A DNA stretch of 64,000 nt. Source: Kudoa neothunni (lineage: Eukaryota > Animalia > Cnidaria). This document shows positions 42,179 through 56,051 of this stretch, piece by piece (the first letter of the stretch is position 1; each line of letters opens with the position of its first letter). The stretch is taken from positions 2,782,430 through 2,846,429 of the forward strand of contig OZ199840.1 of NCBI GenBank assembly GCA_964304625.1, given 5' to 3'. Both the position numbers and the translations under genes were made by a program. Under the pieces are notes generated by a model. The model saw only the letters and a program-made list of their open reading frames with translations. It did not search any database and was not told the DNA's origin.

Positions 42179-42525
42179 ACTAAAAGGTAAAATAAAACAA
42201 CAAATAGTACTGAATAAATGAATACTATAATTAGCCGATACATGTATCGAATAAAAAACCTATTGAAACGACGATATACTTAAAGTCTTAATTCTTATTT
42301 ACTATTAAATTAATAATTATGAATTTAATATAGTTATTAAAATGCTGAAAATTGCAAATTGAAACAATTATTTTATTATATAGCTCAAACAAATTCGATA
42401 ATACTTATTATCTCTTGTTCAATCCGCCATAATAAAGGCAAAGAAAAAATTAATGGGTGGAACCAACTCTTACTGGATTAAATAATGAGTTAAATAATGT
42501 TAAACTTCATAAACGATATTTACAT

Positions 42526-42543
42526 TGACGTCATGTAAGGTCA
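42526..42543. promoter_or_regulatory. CRE-like TGACGTCA plus AGGTCA half-site upstream of copy 3 (same at 59405-59422 for copy 5)
   Basis: Exact TGACGTCA followed by TGTAAGGTCA about 350 nt upstream of the ATG in both class-B upstream regions. Confidence 0.35.
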
Positions 42544-43059
42544 TCCCAGGTATAAATAATATGAATAATTGGTAAAAATATTTATTCTTCTTCATTACGA
42601 ATAAATAATCATCTAGATAAATATAAATGTTGGCAGTGTCTATTGGCCCGAACAAATTGTTTTATTTAATTATCGAGCTTTTTATTATAGTAAATCTATT
42701 TTGTCTGACATAAAACAACTTGAAATTGTTTACGTAATTTTATTTTCGAAGCATATCGGACAAAAATATTTTGTATAATGTAATAAGGTTTCGATTAAAT
42801 GGTCCGAAAAAACTCATTTTATTGAGTTTATGAGTTATTTATTCAAATGAACATTCTTAGTTGTAATTTAACATTTAATTATCTAAGTAATTAAAATTTT
42901 AAATTTTAATAGTGTTAATTTTATGGTAACGCGCGTTAATTTTATTGTATTTATCCCTTAATGGTGCAATACAAAATTATTCTGAAAAAATGTAAGATTT
43001 TTCATAAGAACACAATAAAGATAAAGTATGCAGTTGTTATTTTTCAAGATATTTGGTTA

Positions 43060-43800
43060 TAATAAAAGAAAAAGTTTTTGAAAGATTTGTTCAATTTATG
43101 TTCACACAAATCGTACAGAAAGATGAATCGACGATGGATAATTATACAGAAGCAACTACTGAGAAATGCAATTGTCCCTTCCGTCTTTGCATGGAACTGC
43201 CATGTCGTCACATTTTCTAGGTGTGGAAAAAACAAAACCTACCTCTTTTTGATAAATTTTTGTGCTTTAAGAGATGGACAAGGGAGTATTTTGTTGAAAA
43301 TTCTGAACTGGCCGATGTTTATGAAACAAATAATAGTTCATCAGAGAATGGTTTGATTGCTATAAATTCATTACCAAAAACTATTGTCTATTTAGAGAAT
43401 AGAAAATTTAATGAAGCTACTAAATTGATGGAAGATGTAGCCGCAAGAATTTCAGAAAAAAACTGGATCTGATTATGAATATTGGATCAATAAACTGGAT
43501 GATCATAATAATTTTAATCCAGTTAAAGTTTTAAAACATAATTGTTTTTTGCAAAAATATTAATCAGGAAAATGAAAACACATTCCACATGTCAAAAATT
43601 TCATTCAATAATTCCTATACTCGAAATCATATCGGCCATTGTATTTCTAATCTGAAGAAATATTAGGTGTAGACAACAATTAAAAACCAGTTCCTATGTA
43701 AAGCTAAAATGATTTATGATATTTCTTATTAGATTACTGCGACTCCAACATTATTGCGAGACAATTATTACAATGTAATTTGTATCCGAGCGATACTACA
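43060..43800 (+). mobile_element. Degenerate THAP-domain / Harbinger-like remnant
   Basis: LCSH...LLRNAIVPSVFAWN resembles the THAP CSxHF...AVPSxF motif; downstream TRNHIGHCISNLKKY resembles a Harbinger transposase C-terminus. Confidence 0.4.
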
Positions 43801-44331
43801 GAACGTTAGCTTGAAATAATGACAAAATATTGTTTTTTAGTATTGAAAATCCAAATCAAAATACTCTTGAATATGAAATAAGTCATAAATACATATTAAT
43901 CATGCATTTATCAATTAAAAACTGTTTCATCAATGATCATTGTAACCTTATGTACCGTAAACAATCGCGTATTATAGGTTGCATCCAAATTTTTGGCGTG
44001 TAAATTGGGGGTTTTCAATAGACCTACAGATCGGTCGTTCTGGAATTTTAGATGTTGAACGCCATCCATAAAAATAAATATTCTGTTGTATTTAGCTTCA
44101 TTTAAAAAATCTTCTTGTAAATATTGGAATGCTTTTAAGATAACTACAAACTACACGACTATAAACATAATTAAAATAAAAGATTTTATTTCTTTATAAT
44201 ATGATCAGTTACTATTAAAAGTCAGCAGAACTGGACCCCGAGAATTCATCATCATTATTATCATTATTTTCAGGATTCACCAAAAGTTGGTCGTTTGATA
44301 TTATAATGCCATGAGTGACCATATCACAATA

Positions 44332-44927
44332 CATTCAAACCCGGATTATCCAAAAAATTTGGGACGGCTATTTTCTTTCCGGATGGCGAGGTTCCAGTTA
44401 ACCGAATATAAACAACATCGTTAGCGCGCATTTTTTTATTATTTACTAAGTAAAATACTTTAATTTTTTCTACTCTAATGTAAAATGTTGACATATCTAT
44501 TAACTAAGAATAAGAAGCTTGATTTAAAGGAAAAATAGTACATAATAATGGCAGTTTTTATACGTCTACAGAGGAGTAACCTACTTTTTTAAATAATAGA
44601 TAGTTAATTTTTGTTTATTATATCTCTAGGCATGTGCTTAGATATAGTAAAAATTAATATAAGAATTTGATGCATAATTTAGGGTTTAAAAGATAAATTT
44701 ATTAATAAATAATCTAGAAATAATTTTGTTTCAAATATTGCATGGTATATATGCTATATTGTATGTCGTACAGTGATGGGTGCTACTTTTATTCAAAAAT
44801 GTGATTAACAGTTCCTCCGGTTTGGGGATAATCGAACATTCATCGACACATTCATATCAATAAAATCCAACTAAACTTTAAAATTTCTTCCGAATAACGA
44901 GATTTCCGGATAATCGAGGTTCGGCTG
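44332..44927. mobile_element. pogo/Tc1-type MITE
   Basis: TA-CATTCAAACCCGGATTATCC...GGATAATCGAGGTTCGGCTG-TA degenerate TIRs with repeated GGATAATCGA. Confidence 0.5.
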
Positions 44928-45099
44928 TATTAATTCAGCTCAACGTCAGTTATGCTAGTTGTAATATTTTAATCATAAAACTCACTTTTCTTCATGCACG
45001 AGTTTGGAGTACTTATGTCGGTATTTCCGTCCTCTATCTCCTTTATACTTGAGAGAGACAATTCTTTATACAGAATATAACTTTCATTTCCGTCTATAA

Positions 45100-46220
45100 T
45101 ATCGAAGTTTTCACATTTTTTGAATCATTTAATTATCAAAATATTCGAAAAATTATCTAAGGCATTTTTACCCATCCCACAACTAAGCGCGATTCAGGTT
45201 TCTTAATTGTATCATTTTTAGTGGTGGGTTTTTTATCAGATATCATCCAAGAATGCCATTATTTTCGAGTCTAATCTTTGAGTGGATCAATGATTAACAC
45301 ATCAGAAGTCTGTAACACAGAGGTACAGCACCTAGGAATGACCAATTTATTTTTTTAAATTCCTGTAGCATAGCATTGACAGACTCATGGCCATAGATTC
45401 TAAACACATCCCATATTAGGAAACTTTAAGGGCTAAGAAAACTCCTGCTTTTTTCATCCATACTTCACCAAACCAAAATTTAGTTAGATTTTCATCCATT
45501 CATCGTTTAGGATGTATTTTTACAATAACACCTAACAGAAAGATTCCTTTGGTATTTTCTTTCATTTAAAGATAATTATTAGACAAAGTTTTTTTACATC
45601 AGCTTGACAAGCTAATACAACAATAAAATACTGTCTCTCGTGCTCTTATGTTTTCAAAACAACAATTTTCCGATCCTGTCAATCGTAGTGTTTCCCGGTA
45701 TACCAATATACTTCGGAGTATCGCCTATGTTCGCAATGTTTGTTTGTAAAAATCATACATTTTGCACTCTTTCGACATAAACAATAAAATATGTACTTCT
45801 TCATCAATTACTTCCGACAGCTTTTGTATAATGTAAATTTTTTGCCGTTGTTCTAACCCAAACCTACTAGTAAATCTATTACAACACTCTGGTGAAGACA
45901 TGGATTGAGGGATGTTGTATATTGGGCTAACTGAAAAGCTATGGTTCTTATTGAAAGTCTTGTCATAATAGGCCCATATTACATTAATTCCAAAACTCAT
46001 TCAAGCAATTCATTTTTAATTTTTTTATATTGAGATACTAAAAATCTGGCTTACTTGTTCGGTTTTGGTATTTCTTTAAGATTATCTTTTCGCTTTCTCC
46101 ATCGTCTTATTAACTCTCGTGAAACTCCAATCTCTTTTCTCACAAATCTAAATTCATGTTTCTCTGCATGGCATACCATTTTTAATTCATAACTGTCTTA
46201 TTGACTCTTTGTTTACCCAT
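45100..46220 (-). mobile_element. Degenerate pogo (POGK-like) transposase
   Basis: HERQYFIVVLACQAD, GVIVKIHPKR*MDENLTKFWFGEVW, LIWDVFR, VIPRCCTSVLQTSDV. Confidence 0.8.
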
Positions 46221-46923
46221 GACAAGGATTTACAAGTATCAAAGACGAGTGCTCAAATTATCGTAAAGTTCTCTTTGATCCAAATGTAAAGAGTTTTGTG
46301 ATAGTACTGATAAAGAATATTAAATATGATCATAATTTTGTTACGAAACTGATTCATTACATTTGTTCTACAGAATGTTACAATCAGACATACACGGAAC
46401 TTGTAAACGTAACCAATCAACGTGTAAAGAAAGAATCAAATATGTTACTCTATACATAATATAGATGCCTTAATTTCGGTTGTGAGCAGTGTGAGATATA
46501 AAAGGATTTTAAATGAATATATTACTAGTAACATCAGATTTAACATAACGCTGTGGATCGGTAGGATCACTTCATATTCAATTTGTGCAGAGGTAACCTT
46601 ACCAATGCTTAACGAACTCAATCTGATACTTGAATCTAAGTATACGCACACTTATAGTAACATTTCGGGAAAAGCTCCTGTAAATCTTCAAAGTATGGCC
46701 GGTAAATAGATCGCGCCCTTATTTTGTGACGAAATTTTTGGTAAAAAGTTTGCGACCAAAACGAGATTATATACAATAAATATTAAATCATATTTTTTGA
46801 TTTGAACATTTAATAATTTGAATTATTGATAAATAAAAGCGTGGTTAAAAATATTGGAGCATAAATTAAATAATCGAAATTTCTCTAACTAGATAGTAGG
46901 GAAAAATTCGTATATATGAGCGT

Positions 46924-49900
46924 TTATTTTTTCTTCTTGAAAACCACGAATCCAATAGCACCCATGATCAAAGCTCCAATAGCCGCTACTGCAATGATTC
47001 TAAAACAATATCAGTTAAATTATAAAAAAACAATAAATTAATACATGACCATGGTTTTAGAACTAAATACAAAATTTATTTATGTTAAAAATATTAATTA
47101 ATAAACCTTGAACTGCTTTTGGCTCCTAAAAGTTACAATTTAAATTATTTTCGAAGTAATAATGCTTTACCTTGCTCAATAGTGGCAGTCCCATAAATTG
47201 TTGGATTGATAGAACTGTACACAGTCAAGTGATAATTGTTGCCATCTGCTAATCCACTGATAGTGAATGATTTGCATGAAGGATACGTTCTACACCCATT
47301 GTCATTTCGTCTCATGCATTTTTTAATAATTGCAATCGATTTTGTACTCGCGTTACGTAATTCCCACTTACATTTGGATTTTTCATTAAGACTAGATGGT
47401 AGGGTGTTTTCTATAACAAATGATTCACCATCCCTTGTTATGGTCACATATATTATTTTGTCGTTTTCTGTGGGATTCCCCTTTGGAGCAGCTATTTATT
47501 TTAAATATAATAATAATATCGAAAATATTTTTACTAGCTACTAAAGTAATTTCATTTCTCTCTGATTTTCCCACTGCAGTAATAGACACTTTATACTCTT
47601 CATTTGCATCATAGTCGTTGAATTTAATAGAACTGCACAATGGAAATGAGGAGCATGTGTTTGAATTGACCGGGCTCGCAGTTGTATCAACTGTTGTAGC
47701 TGGGGCAACATTTGTGTCAGTTTCTGTTTGAGTAATAGATTCAGCTCTTGCAATTTTTAATTCATTAATTTCTGATTTTAGACTTCGAACTTGACTAGTA
47801 CCAGTTTGTGGTTGTTCGGGATTAGGACTGGATTCGGCTGGTGAGCTTGGTGGAGTATTCTGAGTTTCTGGCACAGCTGCCGGTGTCTGTGATGCTTCGC
47901 AGACGTAAATATTTTCAAACCTTTCATCTTTTTTTATTTGGATAGTATAATGGCAAATGGCTTCTGGGACTTTTTTGGACAATTGTGCATTTAATTCTAA
48001 TCCTTGTTCAGTGTATTTTTGAGTTATTTTCAAGGTTGCCAGATCTAGATTGAGTCAATAAGTTAACTTTTTGAGAAATATACTCGTCGTAACATTTTCA
48101 TATATGTGTTCCTTGTAATCCTTATCAGAAATGACCTTAACGTCGTAAGAAGTATTTGGTTCAAGATCAACAATAGTTATTGATTCTCTACATCTTCCTC
48201 TACAGGGGTTAGTTTCAGTACATTTAGCGGTGTAAAATGTATTTTTCCCGGCTGGACTTATATAATACTCACAGTTTGGTTCATCTTTCTTATCAGTTTC
48301 TGCCGTACCTCCAATAGCTGTTAGTATAGTTGTTGATTCAGTTTTAGTAGGGGCGGTTGCTTGAAAATTTTTGTCATCATTTTTCTCTTTGAAAATTATT
48401 AGTTATTGAGAGTTATTTTTCAGTTATTACCTGTCCTTATAAGTATTTGTTCTTTGAAAGAAGCTGGATCTGCGATTCCATTAGGTTCAATTTCGATAAT
48501 ATATGGTTTTCCCGGAGATAGTCCTCTAATTTCTACTTTCGTGCAATCATTTTTACAAACTTCAGGTTCATTCTCCCCGTTATTCTTCTTGCAATTCGTT
48601 TCATTGGAAGTAGTTGGCTTAATTGTATCAGCAGCATAATGCTTTATAGTACAAATAGTGCTAGATGTTCCTGACGTCGGTTTAAACAGGACAGTATCTA
48701 ATTTTACACCCTCCTTTGTGAAATCGGACAATAAACCACCTCCAGTTTCAGATATAGCTAAAAATTTCTAATAAAATAATTTTTGGTTAAAATAAATTAC
48801 GAAATTTATTTTGGGAAAATCCATCAAAATCAGCAGATGTTTTTGAAAGATCGTGATTCCTGGTTTGAATTAGAATCTTATATATTTCTTTTTCTGTAGT
48901 TACAGCAAGCTCAACATTTTTACAAGGTGTATAACATTGTCCCGCAGTATTTCCACACTTCGATTCGTACGCGGTGCTAGCTGCTGAATTTTTACCGTCC
49001 TTAATACTGAAAACGCAAATTTCAGATGATAATGATAAATCTGTGAACTTAAGGCGAACTTGCTTATCGGATCCTGCCTTTTTTGTTACGTAATACTGAG
49101 GTTCATAAATAGCGATATTTTTCTTCATATATGCATTTGGCATATAATAAAAGAAACTTGGATAATTCAAGCATCTCATCTCATAATGAGGGATAAATAA
49201 GCTAAAATCTACAATATTCGCATTGGAATTTGTCACACATGAATCTCCTTTTGAACCAACCGCGAATTTGGCGTCTTTGTAGAAAATAGGACAATCAACC
49301 TGTGAGCAAGTCTTATGTACGAACTTCAGTTTTTCAGCATTCGTAGAGATTATTACTTGAGGATTGACCAATAATGCTAAATAAAACGGATAAATTTATT
49401 CGATATTAATTATTTTTCTTACGTATTGCCAAACCGAACACTTTTCCACCTTTAGGATAATCTGCTTTAGCAGTGTCGAAATCATTATTATCATATACGT
49501 ATATATATTTTGTCCTTGGAGAGAGTTTATCATATGGAACTTTGCTATTCTGACTGTCACAAGAAATTACACAGTTTGTGTTACTACTATCAGTAATATA
49601 TCCCGGGCAGCTTGATATTTCTTGATACGCCGCTGCTGTTGTCGAACCACCCATGTTTGCTGCTTCGTTTGACTTCAATATACGACATTTTCCTGTAGCA
49701 TAATGTGTTCCACCAAGTGTATGCTTAACTAAATTGGAGGTAGTAGAACTATCATATTCAATTTGATAATTCAGCGTAGCTAATGGAGTAGACATTGATG
49801 GAGAAGAGGGCGCCGTTGCATTTTCCATCGTACAAAGAAATGCGATTTGAATGACTAATAAAGACTCATTATCGGTAATAAAACACTATATACATAAGAG

Positions 49901-49927
49901 GCAATTCAAAAATTTATACTTAACCAT
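46924..49927 (-). CDS. Variant surface protein family copy 4 (intact)
   Basis: ATG at 49927, all 10 exons in frame, ends IIIAVAAIGALIMGAIGFVVFKKKK-stop. Confidence 0.88.
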
Positions 49928-50361
49928 AATGAAAGATAAAGCAAATCAACAAATAGAATTTAATAAATGAATACTCTAATAAGCCGATACTTGTATCGGG
50001 TAAATAGCCTATCTAAAAAACGATTGATATAATAATCTAATTCTTAATATATTGTAATTTTCTGATTAATATATATTTACTTTGTTATTAAAATACAGCT
50101 TAATTATTAATTTAAAAATTTTAATAATACCAGATACAAAATATGAACATCATATGAGTGGATTTCATTGGATTAAGATTACCATGAAATCTAAGATTTA
50201 ACTAGTGAAGTATGATGAATTATTTAGAATTTATAACTATTTTTCATCTTTATTAATCTTCTCTTAAATTACATTACAGAATTGGGCAGATATTTGTAAA
50301 ATTACATTTTTTCTACATATTATTAGAAATCAAACTTTATTTTCTCTACGACATTCTTTTA

Positions 50362-50405
50362 TTAACCCTCCGGAGCACGCGTTGGGTCTTTTAGACCCCA
50401 CGTGA
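50362..50405. mobile_element. piggyBac-like terminus truncating the copy 4 upstream region
   Basis: TTAA-CCCTCCGGAG...GGGTC-TTTTA-GACCC; homology to the copy 1/2 upstream region stops here. Confidence 0.55.
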
Positions 50406-50830
50406 TTCTAATATTGCTATAACATTTTTTTAACTTAAAGCTAACGACTAGTAATTAATCCTATTCGCATATTTTTTGACGAACATTACGTTGATTTAAA
50501 AGATCGAAGTGGCTGTATCTCAGGTACTTGATAATCCGGTCGGCCTCAGGCTATATCTCTAAAACTACTCAATATTGTTTTTCCATATTCCACATATCAT
50601 CTAATGTTTATCTAACATAATTTTTTGTATATTTCTGAAAAATTAAAAAAAATTATTTTTTCCTTGTGTGACCATACACAGTCCAACAGCAGCTGGGTAC
50701 GATTCTTTATTTTTTTAACATAATTTCATCAATTAACATCATTATACACAAAATGTAGAAATAATAATAAATTTCTGAGTTATCTATAACTTGGGTGCGC
50801 AATTTTTCTTTCTAATTAGCGTGGCACGGA

Positions 50831-51548
50831 ATGAGTTCAAATATGTTTGCAATTGGAAAACGGTTTCATTCTTTCGAGGAACTCGATAATGCTATAAAAA
50901 ATTACGGAGTCAAACTTTTGCAATCTTTATAAATATCAAGCGAGGACTATTTCGAATATTCGAAATAGAATTACAAAATCAATTAACCAATCTCTGCGGT
51001 ATTATGAAATTACATATCGTTGTATTTTCAGTGGCAAGAATAAAACAAAATCCGATGGAATTAGAAACAAACCGACATTAAAGGGAAACTGCCCCTTGGT
51101 TTTATCTCTTAGGACCTCTGTTGATGGTGTAGCACTTGAAGTACGTTCTAGTATATTAGAACATAATCATGATTTAAGTGCAGTGCTATATCGAAATCTC
51201 CCAAAACAACGAAAAATTGACCTAAATGACCCAAATCTCGTGGAATTAATTCACCTTAGGGCCAATAAAAAATTAATTCAAAATAAAATTTACAATGAAA
51301 CGGGTTAAAACATCCGTTTGAAATCTATCCACAATATTAGAGCAAACAAAGACTCATTCTGTGATAACCTATGTGTAATAGAGAAAATGTTGAAAGAAAA
51401 TTTCAAATGTTACGTTAAGATTTTATATGATAAACATAAAGTCGTTAATGGAATTTTTTTCACTGACCACAAAATGAAATCATTTTTGGAATTTTATCCT
51501 GAGGTTATGTTCGTTGATGCAACTTATAAACTCCTTAATTCAAGGTAA
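50831..51548 (+). mobile_element. Truncated MULE (ZSWIM3-like) transposase
   Basis: FAIGKRFHSFEELDNAIKNY, YYEITYRCIFSG...KGNCP...LEHNH, FYPEVMFVDATYKL; frameshifts and a stop. Confidence 0.8.
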
Positions 51549-51999
51549 ATTTTGAAAACGGATGAATAATTTTAAATTTTGAGCGTGTATATCAAAGCAA
51601 TGTTTTAAATCGTCATTTTAATTTCAAAAATAAAGTGGCGATTTGTAGTGACTAGCATGATGTTATATTGCTCCTTGAATAAGGCAGATAACCCACTTGC
51701 TCAATCCCTTCCAGGTAATGGAAAAAAATGTGAAAAATCGATAAGTCACGTGAATTTTGATATATATTTTGGATTCCTTACAGTCAATTCTTTGAAAAAA
51801 TATCATTGAGTTGAATATATTTGTTTGTATAAACATCAGGAACATTTAAAATTAATATTAAGCAACTTTACAAAAGTCGTGAAAAATTGGTGCTGATTGT
51901 ACAATATTTCAAGACCTAAATGCAACAACGTCAGATCAAAATTAAACTGGTTCGCGTTATTACAAATAACCGTGTCGGATCATAAATCATCACAGCTTT

Positions 52000-52930
52000 G
52001 TGTCGCTAAAAGAAAATATATTTTTTTAGACCACACAACGAAACAAATTATCATAGGTTACCGAAAGTATATGGTGTTAGTTAAACTATTGTGAAGAATA
52101 TCAAGGAATATTTCACTCATGTTTAAATCGAAAAAAACGGTATGTGTCCTCAAATCAACGATCTCATGGTTTTTTAAAAGGATTCAAGGATGACGATGAA
52201 GAATGCATTTCTAAGAAGAGCTGGGGGCAGGAGATCAAGATTGACGACCTTCCACAAATCACATATACAAAGTTTCGTGAATGAAGAGTGCACATTTACA
52301 TTAGATTCAATCGCCAAAAACTTACAAGAACATAATATCGGTGTTTCTAAACAGAATATTTCTCTCTTTGAGTCAGTTCTATTACACCCTCAACAAAATT
52401 TCAATTGTACCGATTGCGAGGAATTCTCAGGATTGCATATCGAAACGTAGAAATTGTTTTAATTAATTAAAATTATATATTATATTTATTAGTTAAGTTC
52501 TACAATAACTGTAATCTAAACCACTTCATTTTCCTGTAATTTACATTGATGAGTCTGGCTTCTCGCTTTATATGAGACGAACATTATTTGGAAGGTCACT
52601 TTCAGGTTCGTTCTTGAATCAGAAACTAAAAAGTGTTCGCTCCAAAAACATCGTATTGGTTTCCTCTATTTGCTCTGATAAAGTTTAGGCATTTCAACTG
52701 GCAAATAGTATCGTGAAGCAGGAATTTTTTGATATTTTAATAGAAAATTTAATGATTTGACTAATTATGTAATTCAAAGTGAGCTATTAATTACGAGCGG
52801 TGTAGGGTTCAATAAAACAGACTTTATTCGACAGAAACTAGATTCAAAGGGCCGCAAGCTTTTGTTCCTTCTTTCATATGAATCATCCCTTAACCATTTG
52901 AACCTCAATGTTGCCAAATAGAAACATTTG
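52000..52930 (+). mobile_element. Degenerate Tc1/IS630-like transposase (duplicate of 13490-14450)
   Basis: RRAGGRRSRLTTFHKSHIQSFVNEECTFTLDSIAKNL, VIYIDESGF, LLFLLSYESSLN. Confidence 0.8.
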
Positions 52931-55140
52931 AATGTTGTGAGCGTTTTAACATTTAAATTAAATTTTTTAAATCTATCTTTATTATAATAATATAGTTAAT
53001 GTTGATTTGACTTGACATGACTTGATTTTATATAAACGAATTATAAAACTTTGTATGTTGTTTATTAAGAGCAATACAGATGAATATCTAACTCTACGAC
53101 AAGTATAAAAAAGGCTAAAGGTATCATGCAATTGAACTTGGAAATTTGAGGTTTCAATAAAATTAAAAAATATACATATATACTATTAAATACGTTTATT
53201 CTAAAGATTAATCTAAGAAAAAAATATGTTTTGATACGTATATTATATGGACAGATTAATCCACGTTGTCACACGGCAACATTGGGTCAGCGGTTATAGT
53301 GGGCATTGTCACACGACAACGTTCGACCCTTGATTTAAGTGTGCTTATATTCTTTGGAATGGATTCTGAATAGGTAGGAGTAGGAGGAATAAACAGAGCA
53401 TACTTTTAAAAAATCACATTATTACCAGATGGGAAGAAATCATACGTTAGACTGGAATTGGATTCCATTTTGTATAGTCATATGATGGTATTGTATCCGA
53501 ATACAGTTCTAACGATGGGGAGTAGACCACTGCTTAAATTAGACGATGAATGCGAAAAATTAAATAAACAATGGCATTGCAAAAACTGATATTTTTGAAT
53601 AAGTTGAAGATATTATATTTGAATGTTTCCCTTATTTCAACCGATTTTTCAATGATAGATTATTTGAACATATTTGTATTAAGTGTAACGTCCATTTTTG
53701 CCTCAATAAAAACAGAAAATGCTTTCTGGACTGTTTAAATTGTAATCAATAATTAAATTTTTCATTTCTTATGGTAAATGAGTAATTTCTTGGTTAAAAA
53801 CAAACACATGTGCACTCCTACACATTGAAATATGCACCGTCCCAATGTTGCCATTTGGCACCATGTGTGTATCTTTTTAACTTTTGAAATGACTTCTCCG
53901 ATTTTTGAATATTTTATATAAAATTATTCATAATTAAATAGAATACGCAAAAAAATTTTGTTCTGTCACTGAATTAAATTCGGGATTCAAAGGGTTAATC
54001 GCATCGTGGAATTTTTCACCAAAAAATCAATCATCCACTAAAAAGAGGAATAAATGGAAGCTGTCTTGAATGATCCCAATGAAATAACATCGGTCCAATT
54101 ACAATATTATTCCAATCACGCATCCGTGATTCCTCCCAATATGTCTAAATATGGAAGAAGTAGAAAACAAATACTTATATGCGTTTATTTTAATTTATCT
54201 TTTTGAATACAACATGGTTTCATTTTATTTCGACGCTGTTGCATCTTAGTTTGAAATACTGTATTTCGTGTTCTTTTTTTGTGCGCGTAACCAATGTACG
54301 AATCGGTTAATTTAAATAACTTTTCATTTCCCATATTTTAGCGGGCGCATTAAAAAGACTTTAAATTATGGTCAATTATTTATTTATTTAAAAAAATAAA
54401 TTTCAAATTGTATATAATTTTAATATTAATTTAATATAAAAAATTCTTAATGCAAAAGAAAAATTTGTGATCAAAATATTTAATCTACAAAGTCAGCCTA
54501 TACGTGTACCAAGACTGTTAAGATCACATTCTAATGTGTTAAGGCGACAATTTTCATAATAACATAAGCAATAATTGATCAACTTAAATTCCTTAATTTG
54601 GAACCTCAATTATACACTATAGCATTCGAAACCTTAAAATATTCAAAACTCAACTCTCTTTTTTTTGGGGGAAAATCGCAATTCGCCAATCTTGATTAAT
54701 TTTCAAGTATAGCATCCAACGACAAATGACTTTTTCATTCTTATAAATATTCTAGAAAAATAAAATATACCGTATACGTTAAATTTTAAAGTTTTTGTGT
54801 TTTTCCCTATAACATATAAATTTACAAAAATTCTATTGCCTCACATTTTTCGTCAATACTGAATAGTTCCTTGATAATTCCGAACCCTCGCTAACCCAGT
54901 CACCAAACATAAAATGCCACGCCATATGAAGGAAACTCGATATCGGAGAACATTAGACTTGAAAACATTTTTAAACATTTTTCCTCCGTATGTGTTATTG
55001 CAAAAAAAGTAAAATTAACTACGAACTTTGGTGAGTCTAAAATTTATAAAATCGAGGTCAAAATTTATAATCACGTTATATCCAATTTTGAACGTAGATG
55101 CAAAATGATTTTAGGGGACTTTTTGAAAATAATTTTAGTA

Positions 55141-55375
55141 CAGTAGGTGACCACTCGTTTGTAATCTCCACGAGTATTGAAAAATGTACGAAAAATTGGT
55201 CATTAAGAAAAGCACGTAAAAATAGCAAATGTAAATTAAAATTCGTTTTATTAACTTGATACATTCCATTATAAAAAAATACGGTATATCTTTTTAAAAA
55301 AATTAATGCAGCATAAATCTACTTTTTGTTGAAAGTACAAACGAGTCGACAGTGCGAAAAACTGGTCACCCACTG
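55141..55375. mobile_element. Tc1/mariner-type MITE, duplicate of 11155-11388
   Basis: TA-CAGTAGGTGACCA...TGGTCACCCACTG-TA; TA target duplication on both sides. Confidence 0.8.
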
Positions 55376-56051
55376 TACTAAGTATTCCTATAATTAATAA
55401 AATTTTTTGGAATTTTTAATTCAATTTAGATTTTTAAATAGTCCAAAGTTTCGTTGGAAACTGGAATAAATGTTAAAACCACAATTATAGTTCCCAAGAA
55501 ATGAGCTTGCATTGATTAGAATGCTGAAAATCTTAGATACCAATGTAAAAGCCATTAAGCTCATTTTTAATAAACATCAGATCATTCATCACATCTCGTT
55601 ATCTAATTTTTATAATATTAATATTTCATATGAATTTCAGTATCGTTATTTAGTTTATAATTTATAAAAGTAACTGAATACAACATCTAAATATTTAGGA
55701 GGTTAATCAATGTTTACAACTATTATTCGATAAATATATTCAATTTAATATAATTAATTCGTTTAACAAAATAAATATTATGCGTATATCATATTTCATT
55801 ATGTTTTAGCAATTTCTAATAATTATAAAAAAATTTTAAAAGTTTATTAACAATCATACATTTTTATCCGAGTCATATCATCCCTATCAAGTTTTATAAT
55901 AACGTTGGAACACATCTAAGATAAAATATTTTTATTTTATTAAGTATCAATAAATTTTAATTATCGACAATTCATAAATATCACATCATTAGTTAAAAAA
56001 TATAACTTTCTATAGTTAGATTTTAGGGTAATAATTCGTAAATAAGGGCGT

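Larger units (their letters stand above)
51575..56051. repeat. Inverted partner of the 10472-14900 duplication (3' flank of copy 5)
   Basis: Reverse-complement match to 10472-14900 as described for that feature. Confidence 0.9.
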
